A DNA stretch of 64,000 nt from the human T2T-CHM13v2.0 reference genome, Homo sapiens. A model generated the notes under the pieces. It was not told the DNA's origin. It saw nothing but the letters and a program-made list of their open reading frames with translations, and made no database searches. Made by a program: the position numbers and the translations under genes. Location of the stretch: NCBI RefSeq assembly GCF_009914755.1, contig NC_060928.1, one strand, 5' to 3'. Shown piece after piece: positions 1 through 13,779 of this stretch (position 1 is the stretch's first letter; each line of letters begins with the position of its first letter).

Positions 1-2192
1 ATGTCAATTTGAACAATTTAGCTTCAAAACCAACAAGAGACCACCAAATTGCTATTACTTAGTGCGAGGCCTAAATTCATGTGTGCAATAAGAATAATTG
101 CTACCATTTACTGAACACTTTTTATGTATGAGGCACTGTGCTAACTAAGCATTTTACTTAGGGATATCTCTTGTAAACATCACAACAATCCTTTTAGGTT
201 GGTTTTGGTATCCCCATTTGACTAATGAAAACTCATTTTCCTGATTCAAAGAATTGGAATAGCTCAGCAAAACATGCATGAAGCAGAACAGGAATAAATA
301 AAACAAGAGCTCAATGACAGTGATAAATTGCAACAGACACACAGTATCATTTGGGGGAGACAACAGACACAGGCCTTGTCTCAGGTAAGGGTAGCGACCC
401 CTCTTCAGTTTCAGCTTCTTTTACTGTGAGGGAACACAAGCTCAGTGAGTCCAGATCTTCAGTTTTTCAAGAGAAAGCAGAAATCCAAAATTGTATGTGA
501 AATTAAAATCTTATTGTTAAACTTTGGCAACTATTAAAAAGATTTTCAGCTGTCTGCAGCCAAACAAAATACAGCTGTGGACCGGATTCAGCTTGGAGGC
601 TGCCTGCTTGCAAACTCTGTCCTCTGTCCTGCGCAATTGGGAATCACTCGGGGTTCTTTTGTTCTCTTAAAGAAACATGGCTCCTTCAACCAGAGGCCAG
701 AGTGCTTTCAAATATCACTAATGGTTCAATAGTGTGGCTTAACCATTACCCACCCACCATCCCTTAGGAATACAGATATCTATGACTCCTGGTGACATTC
801 ATGCATAATTTGTAAATACATTATCCTGTGAGACTTGAGGGATCCAAGCAGTACTTGAGGGGGTACACAAGAAAGAAGAAGATATGAGAGAGAAAAGGAA
901 AAATGAGAAAGATGATAGGGGCACCCTGCTGAGGACTGCCACCTCCTAACAGTCTCTGGCCCCTGCCTGTTTTCACCATTCAGACCCCTGAAGCCCAGTG
1001 TTCAGAGCCTGGGCCCACCATCCTTCATTTCTGATTTCTCTCCTCCAAGGAGATAAGGACGAGCCAGGGCCTCTCGGTGTGTTTTACATCAAAGGCCACT
1101 GAAGGGTCTTGACAGGCTGGATGTCAGTGCTGTAAATAAACCATTAATCACTCTGCCATTTCATGGACACACTCTTCCCAGAGGGCATGAACTTTCTCCA
1201 GGGCACTAATATAAACCACATCTTTCCTGAGCCAATGGGGGAGGCAGAGTGGGGCGTCAGAGCTCAGAGAGCAGGCTCCCTCATTGACACAACCATTACT
1301 CTCCTCTTAAAACCACAGGTCCCTGTAGCTTGGAAATGGTTAATGAAAAGAGATACAGTTGAAACGGATTCAACAAATGAAGTCACAGCTTTGGGGAATG
1401 TGTACACCCCAAGGCAGCTCCTTCTATCCCTTCTAAACTCTCCACCTCTAAAGAAGGTACCAAGAGAAAGGCCACAGAGACACAACAAGATATTAATGAT
1501 TTCACCACTGACCCAAAGCAACACTCCTTTGGCAGTTCTCTATAGTCTGATTTCTAAGAATTAGAGCCCAGAAAAAAAAAGGTATAAAATGCTTTTCCAG
1601 AATAGTTCCCCTCTATGTGTGGAAGTTGGAGTCACTGGACCAATGGTCCTAACTTGGCCAAGGCTCCCTACCGTAGGCCCCATCTTTAGTACAGATGCTC
1701 CTTGAGCTTCTGCTATGGGGAGACACTGCTTGAGGTTCAGTAAAAAGACAGATGAGGCCTTTGCTTTCATGGCCTCTTCATTCCTGTTGGGGCAGGCAGC
1801 TGCTGAACAAACTGGATCAATTTAGATAGTGATAAACCTATAGAGAACACAAAACCAGAAGGCAGTATCAACGGTGATAGGGGAATGGCTACTTAAGTTT
1901 GAGTAGGAAGATGAAGGCATTCATTCACTCAGCAACTAAACATGGTAGCAGACACTAGGGGGTTACCCAAGAGGTAGGAGTGATGTCAATGTTTGAAGGA
2001 CCTTATTTTTAGCTGGAGAGATGAGATGAGCATGCAACAGTCCTCAAGAAATTATACATATGCAAAACCTCCATGTAAACCTATAAGATTGAAGGCTGAC
2101 ATTCAAGAAACAAGGAAGGGATCTGGATCAGGACAAGTTAAAGACAGGACATGCTTCTCAAAGATAAGTCTGAGCCATTAGGAATACAAATT

Positions 2193-2316
2193 GTGGATCT
2201 AGGTTGTGTCAGGGGAGAGAGCCTTCAGGCCTTCTCACTGAGTCACCGGGAACTAGAATTAGGATTTGAAGTCCAGCGCTGAGGTCCCCACACTGAATCG
2301 ACAGGCAGGGAAAATA
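2193..2316 (+). repeat. Left arm of 124-bp inverted repeat
   Basis: Matches the reverse complement of 3361-3484 with 8 mismatches and no gaps. Confidence 0.95.
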
Positions 2317-3360
2317 ACGAGGCACCATTCTGAGGTCCAATTTGGAAGGAAGGGCAGAAAGAGAAATAATACTGCACTTCACATAAATTCCAGATGCCTT
2401 CCCCTGGCTTCCCAAGCATTGCCTTCCTCCCTACCATGGTCTTTCACCCCTCCCTCTTGCTGCGGCCACACTGGCCTTCTCACCAACACTCACCCGGGCT
2501 CACACTTGTGCATGGGGACTTTGCATTTGCAAATTCCTCTGCTCAGGAAGTGCCTCTTTTACATCTTTGCAAGTCTGATTCCTTCTTATATGTTAGGTCT
2601 TGGCTCAGCTATATCTCCTCGGTGAGGCCTCCCTGCACCTTCCCAGTTCCTCTCCATCACTTTTGTCTGACATATTTTCTTCAGAGCACTTGACTATCTG
2701 ACATCTCTTGTTCCTTTATTTGTTTGCTTCCCTGTGGTCTGTTTCCCACCTCTAGGAAGTAAGTTTGATTTGACATGGAAGCTGTGTGCTTTGTCTCCTG
2801 CTGTATTGCCTTTGCTAAAATGCCACCTGGCAAAGCTTAACAGAGACTTGTTGAAGTGATTAGTTAGCTAAGTGCCTACTTGGCACCAAGCATTATGCTA
2901 TGCTCTTTCCATAATAATATGACATTGTGTGCAATCCTCATAACAGTGCATTGCCCCAGGTGTTGTCATGTTCGCTGTATAGATGAGGAAACTGAAACCC
3001 AGAAAAACCTAATTAATGTAATCAACATCATGTAGCTAGTGAGAAGCTACTGAACCCAAGTCTGTCTAACCCTAAAGTCCACATGTTTTCCACTTTACCA
3101 CTTTCTTCCTGGGGGAAAATAAGAAGTAAAATGAGGAATGTTAAAGACCCAAATCAGGTTAAGATTCATGTGTCACAATTAGGGACCCAGGAAAGTCAAT
3201 GCAGTTGTCCAGTGAAGTCTAAGAACACCAGGGGTCAAGATCAGTGTGTGTAAGAGCGGCGTCCCTGTTCACATTCAGCTGCTGGAACAGGGCACGGGTG
3301 GGGAAGGAGGTCATCAACAGGAGAAGAGTGATGGCCACTTATATACCTACCGCTTATATA

Positions 3361-3484
3361 TATCTTCCCTGCCTGTCGATTCAGCGTGGGGACCTCAGCG
3401 CTGGACTTCAAATCCTGATTCTAGCTCCCGGTGACTCAGCAAGAAGGCCTGAAGGCTCTCTACCCTGACACAACCTACATCCAC
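3361..3484 (-). repeat. Right arm of 124-bp inverted repeat
   Basis: Reverse complement matches 2193-2316 at 116/124 positions. Confidence 0.95.
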
Positions 3485-4233
3485 TTATACGGCAAGACGC
3501 TGAGTAACGCCAAGCACACCTCTAAGTATGCCTGGGCTGGGTGCCATCCTAATGCCACTTACTCCCAGAGCTTCATCATATAGAGAAGGCAAAAGCAAAG
3601 AGGAGGAGAATGATACATTCAACACATGAAGATGGGCTCATCACAGCAATGATGCCTTGCCTCAAGGGCAGATAAAGAGAATTAAAATTGTGCATATGAT
3701 ATATAACCCTGTAAAGTAAGGTTGACCTGGGCTGGCCTTGCCCAGAATGTCCAAACAAGAAATGGGAAGTAAGCCTCACCACTGGCAGAGCACCAATCTG
3801 TGAAAATGCTTGTTGAGAAAGACTCTGAGGGTCAGGCAGTGCAGGTAGCAGACCACTGTATGATCACTAAGCATGTCTGCTAAGGTGAAGGTGGTGGTGG
3901 CAGAGATGCCCCATACACTGTGTATTTGCTACTCTTGGTGCAGAATTACACTGGCTTCCACATGAATGAATCTGCTGCCATGAAATGACACCACCAGCAC
4001 CCACCCTCAGCATTCAGACATTAGGCCAGCCACCTTCATCACCTGCATTACACAGAAATAAATGTACTAGCTACCTTGACTCCTTGGAAAGATAGTGTGA
4101 CAATAGCCACCATGTGCTGTTTATCATGTGCCCTGGTGTTGCAAGGGAATTTATATTATCTGGAATCCATAACCAAATATTATTATCTTCACTTGAGGAA
4201 CTGAGGCTCAAAGAGGTTAAGAAAATTGTCCAA

Positions 4234-4545
4234 GCTGGGTGTGGTGGCTCATGTCTATAAGCCCAGCATTTTGGGAGGACAAGGCAGGAGGATCCTTTGA
4301 GGCCAGGAGTTTAAGACCAGCCTCGGCAACAGAGCAAGACTCTGTCTTTACAAAAATTAAGATAAAAAAAATTAGCCAGACATTGTGGTATGCACTTGTA
4401 GTCTCAGCTACTCAGGAATCTGAGGCAGGACAATCACTTGAACCCAGGAGTTCCAGGCTCAGGTGAGCCACGATTATGCCACTGCACTTCAGCCTGGGTG
4501 ACAGAGTAAGACCCTGTGTCTTGAAAGAAGGAAACAAAGAAAGAA

Positions 4546-4576
<31 letters not shown>

Positions 4577-4586
4577 AAGAGAGGAA

Positions 4587-4639
<53 letters not shown>

Positions 4640-4667
4640 AAAGAAAGAAAGAAAGAAAAGAGAGAAA
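4234..4667 (+). mobile_element. AluJ-type with (GA)n/(GAAA)n expanded tail
   Basis: Dimeric Alu with J-type diagnostics; purine microsatellite about 4524-4667. Confidence 0.9.
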
Positions 4668-5569
4668 CTAAAAATTCTGAAGTCACAAAGAGTGAAGCCA
4701 GGATTAAAACACAGCCTATCTGATTGCAAAACCAAGGTTCTTTCAATGTTCTTGCTACCATACCAGCAGTTTTCAGATACCAGTCTACACACGTGTGAGG
4801 AATCATTTCACCACTACATGACAAAATGAGAAAAATAAAGACAATGTCATAATTTCCTTAATTCTACATTATCTATTGTAAGACAAATGATTATTTAATA
4901 AATGTATCAGGGGAGGAAAAAACACTATAGTAAATGTTCATGTTGATTAAAGAAAGTAAGATAGACGGTGATTTCAAAATTGTTAGTAAATGACAAAAGT
5001 GTGTCTTGCAATTGAAGAAACAAGGAATATGTTGGGTAAGATTCCATCATAACTTAAGAACTGTACATTTATTCTGAGTTTATGTCATTCCTGGTTTCGA
5101 GTATTTAACTTTTACAAAAATTGTAAGATTATAGATGATAGCTGCTTTTAAAAAAATCATTAGTTGGCAAAAACTAAAACTAAAAGTCCTCTCTGATCTC
5201 TTTTACTATTTGAAAAGTTCAAATGGTTGAGAACCAATACACCATACTCCATGGTGTCTCACTCCCATTAAAGATGTCACAGTCTCAGGGCTCCTAAGTC
5301 ATATTCAGACCACAGAAGTACTTCGGTTTGGCCACATGGATTTTTAAATTTTGTGTTAACTGACAATATTTTAAATGGGAGAATTTGCATACAACTCTGG
5401 ATTTCTGGCTTTTCTTTACAATTCAAAATCTGGCCACACTCAGAACGTAGAGCTGGGTGGTTGCTACTACTTGTAGAAGAGGCAACTCTCTACTTGATGA
5501 TATTATCTGTTGTTTCCTGTTGTGCAGTATCTGGATAGACTGAGGCAGGAACAGCCACAGGGTGTCCAC

Positions 5570-6020
5570 AACTCTTTGCACCCATGCCCTTGGGTTGTCC
5601 TCTTCCACACTCCCATGACTCGGATCTTGCCCACATTACTCACTTTGTTCAATGGGACCATAACAAATGGAAACACAAGCAGAAGTTTAAAAAGGGCTTG
5701 CATGTGGTGGCTTGTCTTCTCTGGCTGCAGAGAGCCCTGAGACCACCTTGTAAGCAAACCTGCTGGAGGCCATGCAGGGAGGAACTGAAGTACTCTGGCC
5801 AACAACCTAGTGTGACCCCAGGTGGTGAGCCCATTCTACATTATCCAGCTCCAGTTCAGCCACCAACTGACTTACAACTTCCTTAATGAGCCCAAGTGAG
5901 ACCAGCAGAAGAACTACCAAGCTGAGCCCAACCCAAATTGCACTATTACATGATTGTTGTTTTAAGCCACTAAATTTGAGGTGTTTCGTTATTAAAAAAA
6001 AAAAAAAAGGTTAACTATAA
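5570..6020 (+). mobile_element. MLT1-family LTR remnant
   Basis: gagaccagcagaagaactac..agctgagccc...ttgttgttttaagccactaaattt. Confidence 0.6.
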
Positions 6021-6139
6021 CATAACCACAACGTCACTCAGCATTCAGACATCTTAACTCTTGAATTAAAAAGTTATTTAAGTCTGTGACTCCTGCTTTA
6101 GGATATCAAAGACTCTTTCCACATACACATAGTTTCTAT

Positions 6140-6140
<1 letters not shown>

Positions 6141-6174
<34 letters not shown>
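6141..6174 (+). repeat. (CA)17 microsatellite
   Basis: Read directly from the sequence. Confidence 0.95.
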
Positions 6175-6178
<4 letters not shown>

Positions 6179-7070
6179 TTTGATTATTAAATAAGAGCAG
6201 GGAATTTAAATTGTTCACTCTTTCCCCCAGGACAGCACCTGGCACACAGTTGGCACTTAATAAATATCTTTTGAATGAATAAATGAATTCACAGATGTTT
6301 CACAAAGTAATTTAAGAAGTAGCCTAGAGGTGGTCGCCACCCCCAGGACTTAAACACTAGAAGAATCTCCAAGAAAATCTCCAGGTGGTGTTGAGCATCA
6401 CTAAACACCCATTCCAGTCTGGCACACTGGCTTTCCAGACACCCCACTGTATCTGCTAAACTAGTTTTGGAAAGTCAGCACATGCGAGCCAACTCAAAGG
6501 GGACTAAGGTTTGACAAGACTGGTAATAACAACCTATTTGTCATTTGTGCTTAGCTTTCCACTGGTGTTGACAGAGGTCTCAATGGCAAAGAGACTGTGC
6601 TACGAAGGCTGAAGGAAATATGATGTGGCTGTGCATGTTGGCTGAAGAACAGCCAAAATGAGAGCTAGATCCCATTTACCTACTGAGTGAATTGTGACTG
6701 TTATGTTTCAAGGGATTAAAAAAGGAATGCCATGTGAAGGAAAACACTAGATACTCCAAACACCCTGAAATGAACACATATCAATCTTGTTTCACTGTAA
6801 GAAATATTCAGCGAAGTGCCTCCCATCTTTTACCATTTTCCTGTTCATTCTCTTTCCTTTCTTAAAATCAAGGGAATGTTCATTAAATTAATCAAAGACA
6901 CCATTCTGGGGAGTTGCACAGCAACCTGGAAACCATAACAATTGGAGAAGTGGGAAGCAACTTGGAATTGCAAAATTGGAAGTCCTATATTTTAGTACAA
7001 TCATCTGCTTCTTGGTGACTTTGTGGCTGAGGCAGCCAGTCTGTCTAAACTCTAGCTCATCTCTAAGATG

Positions 7071-7423
<353 letters not shown>

Positions 7424-9237
7424 TTAAAAGACATGACATAAGTGAAAATGTCATTCAAATGTTAGTGACCATAGAATAAAGTAGTAATGGCCAATAGGAA
7501 CAAATACAGGAAATGAAATAAAATTCATTCAAGGCCCTCCGACAATGGCTGTATGGCAGACAGCAGGGGAACCAACACCAAACTATCAAGGTAGGAAGCG
7601 GAGAAGAATAAGGATCAGATTAACAGAGTGGAATCCGAAACAGAAAGATGTGGATCTGGCTGGTGTGTTAAACAGGGTTGGGACAGCCATGCTGGGGATC
7701 TGCTGCAGAAGACACTGGGTATCGAGTGGGCAGCTGCCGTTCTTGCCTGCCCAGTATCCATTTCTCTTTCTTGCCTTTTCTTTTAGGATTGCTTCATTCC
7801 TTCATCCCACGTGCCACACCTATAGCCTGAGCAAGATCTTCCCCTGTGACCGGACCTATTCCAATCAGATTATCTTTCCTGGGGATGGAAATTTTTATTG
7901 GGGTGACACAAGAATGGAAAATGTTTGCAGTGAATATATTCCTTAGAAGCATCCTAAAGAGACCATTCATGAGTCCTGCTACTGAAATCTCCATGGCTGC
8001 CTTCTTTGCAGTCCTTTCAGAGGCCTCATTTGTTAAACTAGTCAGCCGTTCTTTGATTTCATGAGCCACTTAGAATCCCTCCAATATCTTCTTATCTTCC
8101 ATCTCACTTTATTTATTTATTTATTTTTGGTTAAGTTAACCAGAGTCTTCTGCTGCTTATAACTAAACAAACAAATGCAAATAATGAAGGAACTCACTTA
8201 AGTTCTAGATTCACAGCACTGGGGCAACTGATTTACACACCTTATTGCTCCTGGTAGTGTTGACCTTCTCCTTGTCCTAACCTGCTTGCTTCTATGAATT
8301 TTCTGACACCAACTGGGCAAATTGGTGAATCTCTAAACAGGGAGATATGGGAAAGATAGGTGTGTATGGGAAACCCAAGGCTGCCTTAGAGTAGCAGCTT
8401 AAAGCAAAGTTGCTTCTGGAATACAAGAACAGAAATGGCAATGAGCAAAGCCTCTCCCTCATATCTGGTAAGATCAGGTCATCATTAGAACATCGTGGCT
8501 AATTTTACTTTCCACAACCTTTCAAGTGTCTGAGGAAAGCCACGGTGGAGGCAGCACAGAAAGGACCAAGATCATAGCCTGACTGGGCTTAAAGCCACTG
8601 GTATGCTGTGTGACCTTGGAAAATTGCTTAACTTCTCTCTTCCTCTTTTACCCCTTCTGTAAAACAGAGATGCCTATGTCATAGGTGCCTATCTCATAGT
8701 GTTGTTATGAGGGTCAAATAGTTTGGTATTTGCAAATGCTCCTAGAATCATGCTTGGCACATAGCAAGAGCTATATAAGAGTATATTAAAACAAATTGTA
8801 AGCATTTCCCATAAGAAAGGGTTGGGAAGCTGAGATGGCTTAGCCTGGAGAGAAAATGTCTTTTTTAAAAAAATAAACAACAACAAAATCTCTTCGTAAC
8901 CAATATGAACTTTGCCGCGCTAACCACATGCCCTTTGATACTGAAAAGATGATCAAAGGAAATCAGCAAACAGGGCTCTTGTGTCATGGCTTTTGGTATC
9001 AGTTGTAACAATTGACCATTTTTTTTTATTTTTTCTGAGAAGAGGAGGATAAGGGTCCCCCAGAGAGTAATGAGGCATTGGTCCTGGGGTCCATGTAATG
9101 ACAAGTAATTGTAACACAGACAGGGAGGATGGTTCCGCCGCCTTGGTTTGGGGTCCCAGTATGTTGGCAATATTTTTGTGTTACTTCAAAGAGTCAGGCA
9201 AACATAGGGGCCTCCATCCTTCTGACTCATTGCCATT

Positions 9238-9640
9238 TGCTATGGTTTGAATAATTTTGTCCCCTCCAAAAATTCACGTTGAAGCTCAATTCCCAATGCA
9301 ACAGTATTGGGAGGTGTGGCTTTCGAGAGGTGATTGAGTCATGAGGTCTCCACTCTCAGGAATGTCATTATGTGCCCTTATAAAAGGGCTTTATGAGGGA
9401 GTTTCTCCCTTTTGCCCCAACCCTTTTTTCATGTGGAGACACAGTGTTACTCCCCTCTGGAGGATGCAGTATTCAAGGTACCATCTTGGAAGCAGAGGGC
9501 AGCCCTCCCTAGCACCCAAACCTGCCAGCACTTTGATCTTGGACTTCCTGGCCTCCAGAACTGTGAGAAATAAATTTCTGTTCTTTATAAATTACCCAGT
9601 CTGTGGTATTTTATTATAGCAACACAAACAGACTAAGACA
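9238..9640 (+). mobile_element. MaLR solo LTR (MSTD/MLT1A-like)
   Basis: tgctatggtttgaat...gaaataaatttctgttctttataaattacccagtc...agactaagaca. Confidence 0.8.
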
Positions 9641-9840
9641 CCTCTCAGCCACTGACCTCCTGCTTCTCTCAATGGTGGAATGTCCTTTTCCCTTCCCCTC
9701 AGTGATGGGCACACAGTTGGCAAGTGTGAGGTGTAGGCAGCTGCCATCCTCCTGCACCACTGCTAGGGAAATCTCTCTGGCTTAGGGTTGACACCCCCTT
9801 TCCCAAGAAGCACCATGTTCCAAACATCACCCAAGGGTGG

Positions 9841-10225
9841 TGATATGGTTTGGCTCTATGTCCCCACCCAAATCCCATCTCAAATTGTAATCCCCATGTG
9901 TCGAGGGAGGGGCCTGGTGGGAGGTGATTGGATTACAGGGGTGGTTTCCCCCATGCTGTTATCATGGTAGTGAGGGAGTTCTCACGAGATCTGGTTGTTT
10001 GATAAGTTTCTGGCATTTACCCTGCTTGCTCTCTCTCTCTCTCTCTCTCTTTCCTGCCACCCTGTGAAGAAGGTAGCTGCTTCTCCTTCATTTTCCACCC
10101 TGATTGCAAGTTTCCTGAGGCCTCAGCAGCCATGCAGAACTGTGAGTCAATTAAACCTCTTTTGTTTATAAACTACCCAGTCTCAGGTAGTATCTTTATA
10201 GCAGTGTAAAAAAAAAGACTAATAT
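9841..10225 (+). mobile_element. MaLR solo LTR (THE1D/MSTA-like)
   Basis: tgatatggtttggctct..gtccccacccaaatc...aactgtgagtcaattaaacctc...gactaata. Confidence 0.85.
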
Positions 10226-13200
10226 GGTGAAAATCCCTGCCAATTCAGATTCTCTGGGTTTTTTTTTTTTTTTTTTTGTCATATTCCGGCCCTCTGCCCA
10301 CAGAAAATAGACTGTAGCACAAGGGCAAGAAAAAGGAATAAAACAGGGAAATATCCATGGTAATCTGAGAGAGGACAAGTGAATTACTAGAGCTAGAATT
10401 GCTCTTGGCATCAGCTCCAATTTAATTGTTCCTATTTAGCTAGAAGTATTTGTGATTCAGGCTGTCAGCAGTTACTTCTTGTTTCTCTATCTGATGGTGA
10501 TCAGATCCCTGAACTATTAGTTGAAAGATGCTTGGGCAGAGAAACTTTCTCTCCACTGACTTAGATGCTACAGAATCTGATGGTAGTAGGACCACCAGGG
10601 GGTTTCCATGACTCCCCATTTGTCAACACTGTGTCTCCAGAATTTTCCAGATCCCAGCACTTGGTAGGATCACCAGCCATGGCCTTGCACACCAGTTTGT
10701 CTTCAATTTTCCCCATATTCCCCTCTCAAAACGTTTTCCATATGCTTTCCATCCCTGGCCGATGCATATACTCATTCTCTGATAGGGTTACTGTAAGACC
10801 TTCATAGACCCTAAGCCTTTGGAGGCCTCACCCCACATCAAAGCAGACATCCTAAAACTACATCCACACCCATCACCAAATATAACTTCCATATAACAAT
10901 AGGTGAGTTGAGTTGCAGTTGACTAGTTGATTGCAATTACTTTTTTGTAGATACTTAATTAACATTTTAATTGTAATTTTGTAGCATTCTTTTTATATTT
11001 TGGACTTTTTTCACAAATGAAACACTTTCACTGGCCTTTGAAAATCTCATATGCCCTAGATATTGTTGCCTGTAGTGGATAAAGTGGTCTTGTCTTTCAA
11101 CCAAGGGAAGTGGCCAGAAAGCCATCCAAAGCTCTGAAGTTTGGGAAACTAAAGAGTGCATTTGGAAATGGTAAAGTCAAGCTTACTATTGGATTGTGCT
11201 GACCTAAGATAAGTTAAACTGTAATGGGGGAAAAAAAGGCTGATGAGGTTAAGGTCACAGATCAGATTTTATTAGCATCATCATAGATTATTATAATTAA
11301 TCATAATTGTCACCTTTTATTGAATATTTATGGTTATTGGATGCTTTGTATATATTTGTATATACATATATAAAATATTTGAAGTAGTGTTTGAATAGCA
11401 AGGGTTCCAACTCCTACTCCTTTCTCTTTTTAGGAAAAAATGAGGCATTAACCACCATATTATTATTTTAGTTTTATGTAAAAGAACAATGAGAGATGCT
11501 CAACCCAGATTATGGCTGTCAGGATTAGAAGACTTTCTACCTAACCCAGCAGAAGTGTGACAAACCAGGGTAGCAAGGGGCAGGGGGGGTGGTAATTGTG
11601 TCTCTTATCTTGGGGTCTGTGTCCGTTTTGAGACTTGTTATTACATTTGTTGTTGAGAGGATAGGATCCTACTGAAAATTATAGGCAGGGCAGAATGTCC
11701 TTCTGAGACAGAATTTCTTTGCAGACATTATAAACTGCACCAATATGCATCCTCAAACATAATTTATATGTAATTATGTAATAAATGAGTTGAGTTGTAG
11801 TTGACTAGTTGACATATTATTCTTTTTTATATATGTAATTAAATATATTTAATTGTAGCTGTTAGTTCCTCTAGTCAGAGGACAGGTGCATAGCTTAGAG
11901 TAGAAGGAACTAGCTCTGTATTTTTGTAGTGCAGAGGCCTAGACTTGGCAACTTCACACTTCATCTCAGAAGCAGCAAGTGGCGGAGTCCCCTTTCCTAC
12001 CGGGGTGGATGTATGCTCCACTGGGGAGTGAGGATTCTGGTCTTCGTTCCCAGCAGACAGCTTTGGTTTACCACCTAAAGTGGTAATGGCTTAGGCTAGT
12101 AAGAGGGATTATGCTCTTAGTTTTTCTACCCTGAGATTTAAAAAGCTAAAGTCAAAGAAAAAAGAAAGCAGCTGCCCAAAGTCATCCAAGTGAAAATGAT
12201 GATGAAGAGGAGGAGCAAAAATACCATTTTTACCAACTTTGCTAATGTGAGGAAACTGATGTGCAAATACTATTCCTAATCCTCATAACCAACCTATGAA
12301 GTACATGTTATCACTCTTCTATGGTTGAGAAAACTGAGTCTCAGAAAAATCGATTGATTTGATCCTAGTCACACAGACAAAGTTTCTAGTGGTTGAGATC
12401 AGACTTGAACTCATATCTATTTAATTCCAAAGTCTTCAGGCCTCCCATTTTGGAATATTTTTTCTCCCCACCCTGTTCCCCTGCCTTTATAATAATAAGC
12501 AAGATAGCTAAGCCAATCTGATTGTGCAGCAGCCAGTCTCTCTTCCATGGAGCTCCAGACTACATTATCCCTATGTTCCTTACTAGTTAGTGCAGCATTT
12601 TTTATAAGCTTCTGTTTTTGTTGACTCTGAATGTCATGGTAGTTACTCAAGGCTGATATAAGGCAGCTCTTGTTGGTTTAATTGTTGGGAGCCTTGAAGT
12701 ACCTTCCATTCCTCTCCAACCCCATGTGCCATGGCCTCCAAATTGAAGATTGGGCTGCTCCAACTCCTACTTAACGTCTTTCCAGCATGGACCGCTCCAT
12801 TTCTGAGCCAGGGAAGGCTATGTTTGTAAACACACTTTTGCCCTCTAACTGCCTCTATCTTTCCCTGTCTGATCAGGCCAAGCTATGGCCACAGTTGTGT
12901 ATAATTAGCTAACTTCACTCACTGTCTCCTATGTTTATGCTTCCCTGCCCAATTCCAAGTGACAAATAGCTATCCAAAGCCATGGGCTTGACCCCAGATG
13001 ACCTCATGCTTGATTGCCTTCATCCCAGTGCATGGGTCAGCACTCAGAGACTGCCATAGCCCTTGCTCAGCTGGTAATTGATTTCCATGTGAATTCATGG
13101 GCCAGTTGGTGGAACTGAGGCATTGGGTGCATTGATTAATAACATAGGCATGGGGGAAGCCTATGGTAGCCACCATTTTGGAGCATGTCCATCAGAATAT

Positions 13201-13779
13201 TCATTTCAAATAAAGTCTTGTATTTAAGCAACCTTGTCTACCCAGTGCCAGGAAGGTGTAATGACCTCTGTAAAGGATTCCTACCCCAAGGCTCCCAGAC
13301 TTCCGACAACAGGAATTCAATGAGTAATTCTCAAGCCACAGTTTCCCCAATAACCATTTTCTTTTCAACCATTTGTTTAGTTTCTGTGCTGGCTGATGCC
13401 AATCAGTTATCAACAAATGAGGAATAGTGTCTAGGTCACACTTCTGTTTTCCATCTAGTGATCTGTTTATTTATGCACCATTAATACCTTCACTTTAAGA
13501 GTTGTTAATACATCAAAACAATGTTTGTTCAAGCTCAGTGAAGTGCTGTGAAGAGGGAAGGATCCCAGATAAGAAGTTTGAAGTCCTGCTTTTCACTGGT
13601 TGTGTATGTCTGCAATTATTTCACCTATCTGGCCTTGGTTCCTTCATTTGTGAAAAAAAAAAAAGAAGAAGAAGAAGAAGAAAGAGGAAGACACAAAAGA
13701 AAGAAAGAGAGAGGAAGAAAGGAGAGAGGGACAGAAGGAATAAAAAGAGAGAAAAAGAGGTTAGACTGGATAAACTATT

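Noticed and set aside
2209-3468. Near-identical peptides in ORFs 2209-2415(-) and 3244-3468(+) as duplicated small genes
   Set aside because: Similarity is confined to the 124-bp inverted repeat; no gene structure.
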